This document shows, one piece after another, positions 15,226 through 28,100 of a stretch of DNA of 64,000 nt. The notes under the pieces were generated by a model, which was given only the letters and a program-made list of their open reading frames with translations, was not told where the DNA came from and did not search any database. The position numbers were made by a program, and so were the translations under genes. The stretch lies in NCBI GenBank assembly GCA_040954595.2, contig CM082591.2:3152259-3216258 (forward strand), written 5' to 3'. Position 1 is the stretch's first letter, and every line of letters starts with the position of its first letter. This DNA is from Balanoglossus misakiensis. Taxonomy: Eukaryota; Animalia; Hemichordata.

Positions 15226-18200
15226 ATGAATACCGCCATGGCAGACAAGGAAGAAACCACAGACGAGCTGAATCCGCCGCTCGAATTCGGCGACTCGGGA
15301 AGGGGACCCCCCAAGGGCAAGAAACGCAAAATTGTCGAGGAGCAATCCCCGTTCGAGAGCGACTCGGAATCAGACGAGGATGCGGGGGAAGATTCCGGGA
15401 GTGATTCCGCGAGCAAAGTGAAGAAACAGAAATTTGAAGAGGAGGTTAATGATAAAGAACCAGGAGATGATGAAGAAAGAGAAGATGATGTGGATGGCAG
15501 TGATGATGATGATGATGAGGAGGAGGAGGATGACAAAGGTATACTAATATTTAATCATTTATTGTGATGGCCATAATTGCTGGTGTATCATAAGTTTAGT
15601 GTAGTTTAATTAGGAAAACCATGTTGTGTGGGAAACCAACAGTTTTGTTATTTTACAGAAGAAGGAGATGAATCAGAAGATGAAGATAGTGATGATGATG
15701 GTGAGGAGGAGGATGGAGAAGAAGATGATGAAATTGAAGAGGAGGATGTTGAAGGTGAAGAAGGAGGTAAGATATTCGTAGATTCAATAAAACACTGTTT
15801 ACAATTAATGGCATATAATCCCAGTATATCAGTGATTGGGAAGTCTGAAAACACCAATGTGCCAATGGCCCCATCCCAGCCAAAATGAATGGGCCATTTT
15901 GAACTTCAATGAGACATTCAAAATTTGTAATGAGCCCTACAGTATCGACAAAAAATCGAATGAAATTTAGATGCAAAATATCATCAGTTCAAAATTGTTT
16001 ATATTGTCATTTACATGTCTATATAACATGTGTTTATCAGTCGAAGTCAGTGGAAATAGTCAGACATTTTGATGTAGATTTTGCCTGGGTTATACTAAAA
16101 CCATACTCATTAATTGAAGAAGGGCTGTACAGGAACAAGTTTGAAAACAATGATTGCTATTTTTCTCACTTGACTGGATAACACAATAGCATGCAAGGGG
16201 ACGAGCAAAAGTGAGCAAAAGCGAAGATTTTATGCTTGATAAAATCCACAAATTGATGATGGAAACGACAGTCTTGCTGCTGAAAAGAGATGCCTTCCTT
16301 TTATGCTTCTTTTTGACTCAAAATCGACATCACGGGTGTCTGCCGTCTGCTATCCTGTGTGCAAGTATTTTGCAGACGCGTTCGAACGCATGGCATGACC
16401 TCCAACAAAAGTTGCTACATCTTTCGTCAAGTTTAGATAACTTGTTGCGATCGGTAGGCTGAGCTGCGTTACTTGTTGCAATTTGTACGTGTTACTATGG
16501 GCACCATAAAATGAGGCTATTTATAGGACGCCTTGATGGCATTATAGGCGAGGATGCTAAACAAAATTTTTTTTCCTAAGTATTTCGGACTCAAATTTCA
16601 ATGCGCACTTCGGGCGCAAAGTAACAAATTTCAATGCGTCACTTTTCAGTTCAATGCGACTATGGCGCAGGGCGCGTTGACTTCCCAATCACTGGTATAT
16701 CCGATTTTTTTTCTGGGGAGAACAATATCCACATTGTTACAAGCAAAGTGTGGTTTGTCTGTACATCTCTATAGATGGAGATTCACAAGAAGACAGTGAT
16801 GAAGAAGAAGAAGATGGCGACAGTGATGAGGATGGAGAGGAAGATGATGATGAGGAGAAATGTGATGAGAACGCAGAATATTTATCGGATTCTGAAGCAG
16901 AGAAGTGTCCTGTGTGCTTAAATTCCTTTGAGGAGCAAGACGTTGGATGTCCAGAGAGCTGTGATCATACGTTCTGTTTGGAATGCATTCTGGAATGGTC
17001 CAAGGTGAGTATATATATAACGTTGGGAGCATAGGTAAACAGCATAGGGAAGTTAGTACATTTTATGGACCAGCTTCTGTACCAATCCCAGCATGTAATT
17101 AATTCCTCCTGTTTGTCTGTCTTTGCCGAATTACAGAACGTTAATACATGTCCAGTAGACCGGCAGCTGTACCACTCCATCCTGGTCAGAAATTCCTACC
17201 ATGGATCTGTTGTACGGCGCATCGAAGTTGACGATCGTAACATGGAGGAGGGCGAAGAAGAGGACGACGAGGCAACATACTGCGAGGTGAGTTAGGATGA
17301 ATGACTGCAGTTATTGCAGTGGGGAGAATTGATTTTACATCCAATGTATTTTTTTATTGCATAGTTAATTATCCCCGCTACAATACGAATGTCATGATAG
17401 GTAACCAGCAGGCTAAAAATAAAATGCAATATGTCTTTTACATGTTTTGTCTATAACAAGTTTTGTTTGAGCCCCACACTGTCTTTTTAAATATGGCATT
17501 GAAAATCTAAATTTATCAGTACTGGAGTACTGAAATAAATCCCAATTGTTATCAAAAGAACCTGGAAAAAATAGTATCCAACTTAGCAATGTCCAGCTGT
17601 TTGATTATGATGTGTTTGTTCATGACAGGTTTGTGGAAGATGCGATAGGGAAGATCGTCTCTTGCTCTGTGATGGGTGCGATGCTGGCTACCATTGTGAA
17701 TGCCTGGACCCTCCATTGAATGCCATCCCCGTTGAAGAATGGTTTTGTCCAGAGTGTGCAGTTGAAAATACAACAGGTGCGAACTTATACTAATAGAGAA
17801 GTTTTTACTCTCAAGGGTTAACCCTATCACCCCATTTCCCTCTTTAGAGGTCCAACCTTACCAATTAACCATGAATATTGTCAATTAAATATTTTCGCAT
17901 CTCTGTTCATTTTCCTGTATTCCAGAATTAGGCGAGACTATCAGCACTGACGAAGATGAAGTCGTACATCTGATTGACGATGACACTCCAGATTTGTCCA
18001 TGCCGCGTTTTCGGCAGAGACCGATCCGGGTCATTGCCCGGACAAGAGTCAGCGAGCGTGTCCGGGCGAGTGTTCAGAGAGCCCGGGAACAGGCCAGGAG
18101 AGTGGAAGAATTAGTTGCACAGGTGGGCCAACCTCTATAAAGACTTTACTGTGTAAAACTGTCTAACTGAAAGCACCAAAAATATTTTAAATGTCCATAT

Positions 18201-21200
18201 CATGTATGGATCCCTTCCTTTACCCTTTGAACCTGGCTTGGAAGAAATCTTGTTAATGTCATAGGTCATATGGGGTCAAGGTGCAAAGTACTAAGGTCAT
18301 GTGGTACTAGTGTTAAGTTACCTCTGGTCAGTTAACTTGTATATGTGACTGTGATTGAATTGTATCATTTGAACAGGCACCTAGTGGCAGAAGGAGAACT
18401 TCCACAAACACAGACGGATCCAGGTCTAGATCAAGATCAAGATCAGCAACAACTCCAGCAGCCTCTGCAGGCACATCAACATCAACAACAACAAAGCGAA
18501 AACCAAAAACCACACGGAAAACAACCAGGAAAAGGAAAACCCCAACAAAGAAACGAAGGAAAACACGGAAGAGGAAAACCACACGGAAGAAAAAGACCAC
18601 CGGCACCACCACCGGAACCAAAGGAAAGACCAGGAAAAGGAGGAGGAAACGGAAAACGAGGAAAGGAAAATCGAAGACAACGAGGAGAAGAACCAGCAAA
18701 GTCAAAGCTGTGAATCCGACGACAGTGCGGGGAAGGATCGCTACTAGATTAGGACTAGTAAAACCCAGGACAGGAAGCATGGTGCCCGATGTCAGAGGTC
18801 ACTTGGCGAGGTCCCTGGATTACCAGAGGAGTGAGATTGGTGTGGCTTCTCTGTCGATGATGGGGGAGAATATACTCGGTGGTGATCAGTAAGTTTTGTC
18901 TTGTGTGTCTGGTTCATAGTGAAATTTGTCTGTTTTTTTCTGTACATACAAATGTTAATTTACATTGTATTTTTATCTTCAAGCGTTGAACCCAGCACAA
19001 GTGCCCAGCATGCAACAGTGTCAGCTGCAGCAAGGAGACATGGGAAGACCCTTTCCAAATCAGCTCTGAGTTCACACAGACCAGTAGCCAGGCCCTTGGC
19101 AAGGCACAAGTAAGTCCTACATATATTACTACGTCTGGCTGCACACCTATGAAATATATGATGTCTGTTTTTGCATTTGCATAGAACTGGCTTGAAGTAC
19201 TACACACATAAACATCCATTGTGGAATTTTGAAAAGATGTTTATGACAATCTTTAGGTCAGCCTTAGCATAAAAATATGATACAACAGAATGCTTGCTCA
19301 TAGAAGTAATAAATGTTTCTGATGTTTGTTACAGGGATGACAGAGCAACTGAAACAACCTGTATATCATCCCCACCTGTGTTAGACTTATTGGGCAGCAT
19401 CATGCATGGACAGACACTACTGCACATGTCCAGTAGCAACGTTACTATCAGCAGAGATGGATCCCTGAAAGCAAATATGCCGACAGGTAAGAGTTCTGTT
19501 GGTTGATTGGCTGATTTTTGCATATATGTATCCTAAGAGGATAGGTTAGCCAATAGAAATCATTGTAATGCAGTTTTGTTTCATGCCATCAATTGTCATA
19601 ATTTCTTCTGTAATGGTAAATTTGCTGTATGTATTTGCCAACAGAGAGTTTGAAGAAGCCACCTGCAAACCAGTCCAAAGATATGCAACCAAGTCAGAAC
19701 ACTCAGGACTCAGTCAACACCCCAGAGGAGAATGGTTGTGAGGGTAACTCAAGAGAGGCATCCGGCTTGGGAGACGGTGGTTCTAGCTCTGTGCAGGAAA
19801 GTAAGGAAAACAGGGTCTCCAGTAACCAAGAAACAGAGATCAAGATTTCAGATGGAGATGATGTAGAGATGAAAGACAATGATGATGATCTCCAGGGATG
19901 TTGCGAAGATGGCGTGGAAGTGAATGAAAGTGATAAGGAAGATGAAGAAGGTGAAAATAAAGATGAAAATGAGGAAGAGAGTTGTGACAATGATGGAGAG
20001 ATTGGTGGTGCGTCAGACGGAGACGAGAACCTGCTTTTCAAGGGTTTCGATGTCGAATCCGTGGATTTGGAGATCGATGAAGATAGGGTGAGTGGACAGG
20101 AGGAGCAGGGTGAGGATGGTGTGTTGGAAGATGGTGCTGGCGATGAGGTGAAAAAGGTCGAAGAGAACAACGGTGAAGATGTGCAAATGGAGGCTGGGCA
20201 AGATGACAGCAATGGGGCTCTCAGCGATGCAAAGGATGTTGAAGGTGATGATGGTTCAGAACATAATTTGAATGCTGCTGTAGAAGATGGACAGGGTGAC
20301 AGTGGAGACGAGGATGGTGATGGGGAAAGGGAACAAAGTGGGGAGGGCGAGCCAAGTGATGGAGAAGATGGGGATGAAGCAAGGAAAAGTCTTGAAGCAG
20401 TAACTGACGATGAGGAGGAGAATGTGGTGGATGCATCAGGGGAAAATGGTAGTGATGTTCAGGAAGAGACGACAGGAGTTGAACCTGTGGAAGAGGAGGA
20501 GGAGGAGGAGGATGGAAAAGAACATGATGAGCAGGAAGAGGAAGTTGAACACGAAGGAGAAAAGGAAAGTGATGTTGAAGATGGGGAGGATGGAAACATT
20601 GAGGGCGTGGCCAGTGAAAATGAAAGTGTTGGAAATGATGCCAGGGAAGGCGATGAAGAGGCAGTGTCTTGGAGTCCACAGAGCAGGGGAGAGGAAGGCG
20701 GAGAACATGAGATAATTGAAAGCGAGGAGTTGGTGACAGTCAGCGATGCAGGGTACAGTGAACAGGATGAAAATTGGGATGAGAGTGTGAAGGATGAGCA
20801 AGAAGAGCAGGATGAGGAGGGCGGGAGTGGTGAAGAGAACGATGCGGTAACTCCGGGTGATGAGGAGCTGGAGGACTCTGAGGGTGCTGTATCCAAAGAA
20901 GAAGAGGAAGCAAGTGACAGGGAGGAGAGAGCTGACGAGGATGACTTGAAGGAGGAGGGAGAGATGGATGAAGAAACAGAGGTTAAGGACAGAAGCAAGA
21001 AGGTTGATGTGAAAGATAGAAAGAGAAAGAGGCACAACGAAGACTGGGAAGCAGAAGAGGGTGAAATTGTCGAGAGGAGGGATGAAAGGCGCAGTCGGAA
21101 CAGCAAAGATAAACAACGAAGGAACAGAAGCAGAGTTATTAAATTAAACAGAGATAGCGGAAGGAAAATCGCTCATGAGTCTTCATACAGGAGAGATTCT

Positions 21201-24200
21201 CCGAACTACCAAGCTTGGGAGGCCAGTGCCCCTCGTGTTCCTATCTCAGAGCTGCCACGAATCCCTAAACTGAAAAAGGGGAAGGGCGATGAGAGAGAAA
21301 GAGGAGGCTCGGAAAAGATCAAGTCTTCCAAGAAGAGTAAGAAGGAGAGTGAAAAGAAAGAAAAGAGGAAAGAGAAGCCAGAGAAGGTTAAATCTGAAGA
21401 GAAACGGGGCGATACGAGGGAGGTGAAAGAGCGATCCAGGAGCCGGGATAGCAGCAAGAGGAAGAAGTATACGGATGTTGGGAAAGAACGACTGGACAAG
21501 GGACCGTGGAGGAATGAACACGGTGAAGATGTGTACAGGAAAGTGGAGAGGACAGAGCGGGATATTCTGATAAGTGTTCGGAACACGGACCGACGCGATA
21601 AAAAGGATTACGATCGGCGTACGCACAGGGATGATGTGCCGGAGAGGTGGAGGGATGATCGTCGCCGTAGCGACAGTCAGAGCCGGGATAAACTCAGAGA
21701 CAGGGATCGCGACAGGGCGTCGCTGTCTAAGTTGCCGTCGCCAAATCACCGGTCGCCGCACCGGAATGTTTCGCTGGAAAGGCACTGGAGAGATGAACGA
21801 CGGAGACCGGAAGAGGACAAGACTGTGGAAGGTGGTAGATACTGGGATAGCAAATACAGGGAGAGGGAATGGGATAGGTACAAGGTTAGACAGGGAGATG
21901 TGTGGAGGACTGATCGAAACCCAGCGTGGTCTGAAGGAAGGAGGGAGATCATCCTTCCCAAGGAATCGGAAAGACTGCGCTTTGATTCTGCGGCGGATAG
22001 GTTCCGGAGGAAGGAGTCTCCTGTGCGGACTGATACGAGAGAGGTGAGACACAGACAGCAGAAGGAGAATAACGCAAGAGACAAACGAGAGACTGCGGAT
22101 GTGGCTAAGAGGAAAGACACTGAGAAAGTGAAAGTCCCAAAGGAAGAAGTGAAGCACAAAGAGTCTAAAAAGTCTTCGGACATAAAACGGAAAGTTGTGG
22201 AGAAAGATAAAGAGGGGTCGAAGGTCAAGCCGAGCGCTGAAGTGAAAGAGAAAAAGAAAGTTGTCGTTGAAGTGGCCAGTGAATCGAAAGTTCTTAAACT
22301 TTCAAAGGACAAAAAGGAAGGCAAAAGAAAAAAGGCTTCCTCGGACAATAAGAAACTCAAGGAAGAGTCAGTAGAAAAGACTGTTGTGACAGATACAAAT
22401 ACACCTCCCACAGAAACCAAAGAGACTGAACCTAAATCCGAGGCGGAACTGATGGCAAGTCAGGGTTTGAAACTGAAACGGTCGACGTCGTCGGGTTCCA
22501 CGGAGAAAGAGACCAAGAGGCGGAAAACGAGCTCGGAACTTGATGAGCTCGACGTAGTCAGCGAGGATCGGTTGTCTATCGTCGGAGAATGGTTGAGCAA
22601 TCATGTGACTCCAAAAGAGGGCTCGGAAAACAGTGTCAGCGTTGACGCGACACTGCCCAAAGCTGCCAGTAGCGATGACAGTGGAACTGTTGATCAGCCC
22701 AGTGTTGTCGAAACTTCGAGCTCGGAAAACCCTCAAACAATTCCGGCGAAAGCCAAATCAGTGGATGTTCCCACACCAGTGAAAAAGGAATATGACCCCT
22801 TTGAACCCACTGGGTCCCCAGTCGCCCCTGTGGTAACTGAGTCCCAAACAAAGACTTCTTTCAAAGTACCTGATTTACCTTCCAAGCCCCCAGCTCCCAG
22901 TGTACCACCCCCGCCGATGGCCCCACCCAGGGGCCAGCCAAACTTCCAACATGTGAGCAGGCAAGGGGCGGGTCTTGTGCCCCCTCCCCCGCAACCGCCT
23001 CCCCAGCACATGCAAGGAATGCGGATGAACATTGTGAGACCGGGAATGCAGCAAATGCTGCCCAACGCCTCAGTGCCTTTGAACTTGCAGCAGCTGATCC
23101 GACCGCAGATGCCGCCGCAGATGGGCATGGGGCAGCAGCAGCGGGGGATGCGCCCGCCGCTCTTGAACTTTCCGGGGAATATGAGCAATCCGCTCATGAA
23201 CCAAGTGAGGCTTTTGAACCTGCTGCCTGCGCTGGCCGGCCAGCAGGGCCAGTTTGGCAACCAGTTCATGCAACAACAGCAGCAGCAGCAACACCACCAA
23301 CAGCAGGCTGGGAATCGGTTCAGACACCCGCAACAGAGTACACCAAATCCACCAAACATGCCAGGCCCACCAGTGAATCCAAATTGCTACGGATCCGCCA
23401 AGCCCCAACCACTCATGGGTCCCAGCTCCCAGTCTGTGCCGGCCCCACCAGCCAGAAATCCGGCCACCGGCAACAGCCAACCCAGGAAAGACAAAAACAA
23501 TGAAAGAACAAAAAATGTGAAACCGGCAACTCCTCCGGATGTTACCACGGAAACCATCGACATGGAGATAGACATGTCTCCCGACAGTGATGGGGGTAAA
23601 CTGGAGATAATGCCAGCTGTGGAAGAGGATGTTGAGTCCTCGGCTGTGGAACTTTACAATAAAGGCAGTCGTGACAGGGTAAGTAATTCCAGATGTAGTC
23701 AATTTTGTATCAAATCGTGTCACAGAGCAACTTTTGAAGTCCACGGATGGAAAACTAACGCATTGATGTTTGATTGACAGTATTTACAGAAACTTCAACA
23801 CCAGGAGAGAGTGGTGGAAGAAGTTAAATTGGCAATTAAACCTTTTTATCAAAAGAAACTCATCGACAAAGATGAGTATAAAGACATTCTCAGGAAAGCT
23901 GTCAACAAGGTAAGTGAACAGGGAGACTTTGGTGATGCGATGGGGTCTGGTTGTGGAAGGTTCAAGAATTTATTGTCTACCACGTCCTAAAAGAATTGTG
24001 ATTTTCAAAAATGGTTTGCCCGATGAAGGTACAGGCACCATAGATGGCAGCCATCTTGAAAATGTTTGTTGATGGCAGCCATCTTGAATTTGTTTGGTGA
24101 TGGCAGCCATCTTGAAATTGCTTGTTGATTCTTTCCTCCAGTGGGGGTTGGAGTGTGCCATGAAGACTTGCCAATCTTTGGAGTGGCATTACAGCACATT

Positions 24201-24466
24201 TCGGACCATTGGGAATTTTTTGAAATAACCAAACTATATTCCGACTTCAGATTTGTCACAGCAGAAGTGGAGTGATCAACCCAGTGAAGGTCAAACATCT
24301 GGTTGAGGGTTACGTGAAAAAATACCAGGGTAAACGCAAGACGGACGTGAAACCAAAGACGGACGCGAAACCCAAACCAAGCTCCAACAACAGTAGCAGT
24401 TCCAACGCCACCAGGAACAGCAGCAACTCTCACCCGACCACACAACGTAGCAGCAGACATCGATAG
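15226..24466 (+). CDS. PHRF1: PHD and RING finger domain-containing protein 1
   Basis: Acidic N-terminal exons; RING (CPVCLNSF...[19 protein letters not shown]|NVNTCPVDR); PHD (CE|[43 protein letters not shown]); basic tract; a ~4-kb low-complexity exon (~19645-23678); C-terminal Pol II CTD-binding SRI-like domain ([24 protein letters not shown]...KAVNK|[25 protein letters not shown]). Confidence 0.93.
24043..24128. repeat. 28-bp tandem repeat x3 with palindromic GATGGCAGCCATC core, last PHRF1 intron
   Basis: GATGGCAGCCATCTTGAA at 24043, 24071 and 24099. Confidence 0.85.
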
Positions 24467-25189
24467 CCGGGTCTACTACAAATCAAAAACTTTTTCAAAA
24501 GCGTATCCAACTCCAAATTATCTAACTGGAGTTAAAGTAGAATAATGTGTCAATTGTGATTGTGTTTTCACTTACGAACATTAAGGCAGCTGTTTTTCTC
24601 GCGATTTTTACGCGTGATCATGCAAATAGTTTAATAATCAGAAGAATAATTGTAGTTGGACTCTATAGAGGGTGCTGCATTTCGAATCCATATTTGCATC
24701 CATGCCTCAGCGCGAGTATTATTTGAACCATGACATAAAATACATTTCTCATGCATATTTTTTATTGTACAAAAAACTATGTATATAATATTGAATTGTG
24801 TGTCCATTCAGCCAAAGATTTTCTCTTTTCTCGGAAACGAAACCCACTTTTGCAAAGGGTCACCAAATATTACGACTCGACTAAATGCATTGCTTATACA
24901 GAGATCATGTATTTCAATTTCAATACTCTGTCGTCTTCTAGGAAGAAACTCAAGCCCTGCATTGATAATCTGTAAACGTTTGGATAGATTTTCAACTGAT
25001 AATAAACCATGTAACTGAAGAGCATTTATCGAGCGTGACTAGGACTTTGTTACAAGTTACTTCATGACTTAAAAAATTCTGTCATTTTCTGTGACCACAA
25101 TCTTATGCTTTTTAAAGTGTAACATAGGATAACAAAAAGTTTGCTATAAAAATATCAACTTCGAACTTGGCCATCTGAACGACAGTTTT

Positions 25190-28100
25190 CTATCTGGGAG
25201 GACCACGTCCCCGACCTCTGCCCCGCCCACGACCTCTGCCTCGACCTCTTCCGCGACCCCTTGACCGCTGAGGGACGTAGTTCTTTGCGTACTTGGTGTC
25301 AATCAGTGGAGTAAAGATGGGATCACAGAACAAACAACCGGAGTGGTTTGTCTGCTCGCCACCAAGAGGATTCTTGCTCTGAAAAGGAGACAGCAAATGT
25401 AAAAAGTAGGGTTAGGGATTTTCGTTACCTCATTCAAAAATTCATTTTCACAATACTGTACTATAGTATGAGAATAATTATACAAATGTACATGATATGA
25501 ATCACTGTGTATCTTGCAATGCTTCTCAAATCTCATACACATTGACTTTATTTCTTATGGTGTAGTTCACAGGCAAATGGCTCAAAACATTGATAGTGTG
25601 TGTACCTTGTTAAAGTTGACATTCATAATATTACTTCCACAGTCTTCACAGGTGTCGTCCGTTGAAACCGTCACACGATGTGCATCTTCAAAGACATTCA
25701 TGATCACATTACACCTGAAAGCAACAGAGCGGATAGTAAGCATTGTGCCGCATTTGAACTACTGGGCAAAGGTGACAAAGCATGAAGTCCCCTGGCAGGA
25801 TCTAGGAAGAGGGGGTTATCACACTTCCCGTAAATTAAGGTAAATTGCAGCATAAGTTGAGAAATTTAAACAGTCTGTCTCATCGACGGAATTTATAGGC
25901 GACTTTTACTGAGAGCAGAGAACACACTTAGTGTGGCAAATCTTGTGTTGTACTTTTGTACAAGTCTGAGGAACTGAACGTACTTGTTGCAGGCAATTTT
26001 CCACTTGGGTGCAGACGTGAGATCCAAGACGAGAACACCATGTTCGCACTCGATGCACTGTGATATACCCAGCGTGTGAAGGGAGTGTTGACAGGTGGGA
26101 TGGGTGCACTCATTGCAACCTGAACCCTTGCGCATGGTCTGAAAGGGTGAATGACTGTAACAATAGGGACACAATGGGTAACTCTGTAGGCAAGAAAAGA
26201 AGATACAGTGTTGCAATAATGTAGGAAAACTTTGTAACAGTTTAAATAAGATACAATGTTGCAATAGTATAGGAAAACTAACAAAGTAACTAAAATGAGT
26301 GATAGTGTGGCAAATATATGGTAACAATGTAACACATTATAAAATTCAGTGACAGTGTAGCAATTTTAACACTGAGAACAGACTATATTGTAACAAAACA
26401 TTGAAATACAATGTAAACTCAAAGTAACTAACACAGACTTACTTTTCCTTTGGAACCCGTGGAAAACAGAAGTAGTTCAAACTCGTCCAGAGGACATTTG
26501 AGCTCTTTGTAGAGTTTGATGACACCATTGCCGGGCAGACTGTACGTTTCATCACAGTGGGCACAATGCAATCGGCTGGGCTTGGCCTGTATGTACTTCA
26601 TATACCTCCGACATTTTCCGCACCTGAAACAATGTAGAATAATCCTCAGTACAGTACAGTAGTACAGTAGAGTACAGTACAGTACAGTAGTACAGTACAG
26701 TACAGTACAGTACAGTAAGTTTTGTCTGTTGACAAGGCGTTGTACATGGGCAACATGACATACTGGTGCAACATACATGAGTAATTTTAAGTACCTTGAC
26801 ATCGGTTTTCCGCTTTCTGCTAGCGGAGAGAAAGAGACCTCGAACAGCTCGTCCATTCCGCTGATCTGCGTGACGAAGTACTGGAATTTCCGGGTGAAGA
26901 TATCCAGCGTGTGCCTCAGGACCGAGTGGAAGTCGATTTTCCCGGCAGCGATCAGATTCAGCTGCTCTTCCAAGGCGGCTCGCATGGTTGGAAGTGAGAG
27001 ATCGGGGTCGATCTGATAAAAGAAATGAGTCAAGTTAATTTTTGTTGTGGTACAGTACAGTAAAGGTCAGAGCTACATCTCCAAGGTTGGCTCTCTCCTA
27101 ACCTAGGGCCAGCCCAGGTTAGCTAATAGGAAAATGACTCTTGGGCTGTACTGTAGCTGGCCTGAAAGTGATAACTGCCCTGCTCACCTTTTGATAACCA
27201 TGCACCAATACTATGCCCAGTGGTGTGGGAATCAGCCGTCTTCCCGACCCGACCGTCACGTAATTCCTCTGCGAGATATTATTGATGTGCACCGGAATGC
27301 TGGCATCCGTACCGATGCCGTGTTTTTCCATCAGGCTGATCAGTTCGCTTTCCGTGAGGTAGTCCGGTGGGCTGGTCTGTTTCTCCGCGAGTTTGACCTG
27401 TATTTCGAAACCCCAGATTTACAGTGAGAATCATAGATTTACATTGACAATCAAACTAAATTTTTACAAAACTATCTTTATTTTCCAAGATGCAATATAA
27501 CGATTAAATGGTTACTAATTACCTCTTCAATATTGCAGATATCTCCTTTATTAAACGAAGGCAGCTTTTCTTCAGCAGAGAGTGCCTGCCAAGTCATCAT
27601 GGTGGTGTACCCAGGGTCAATCAACGTTTTGCCAGTCAGGGTAAAATCTTCTGTACTGATTTTAAAACTGACTGTCGTCTGCAGGTATTTACAATCAGGG
27701 CTCACCTACAGATGAAAGACATTTTGAGGTGGGGAATAATTAATGTTTTTTAAGAAACATGCCCAATGATTCTTGTATTAAACTCTCTTCCCACATATGT
27801 GTAGGATGTTAATATACATGTACAGTATACTGTGAGGTTAGAAAATTTAACCATATGTACAGTACAGTCATGCAATTGCCACTCACTGTTGCAATGAAAT
27901 GCCTTGTGATGTAATCATAGAGTCTCCAGTTTTCACCTCCCAGTTCACTTTCACTGGCCGCTTTCATTGGCGTGATTGGAGGATGGTCTCCAGCATCGTT
28001 ACCTTTCCTACAGACGAAATTGAAAATAAGGGTCCATGTTTGTCTTAGCACTGGATACTCTTGTAATTGAACTGTATTACTGACTTAGATGAATGTTTTT

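Noticed and set aside
19703-23744. Long antisense ORFs over the large PHRF1 exon
   Set aside because: Ser/Phe/Leu-rich shadows of a purine-rich low-complexity coding strand.
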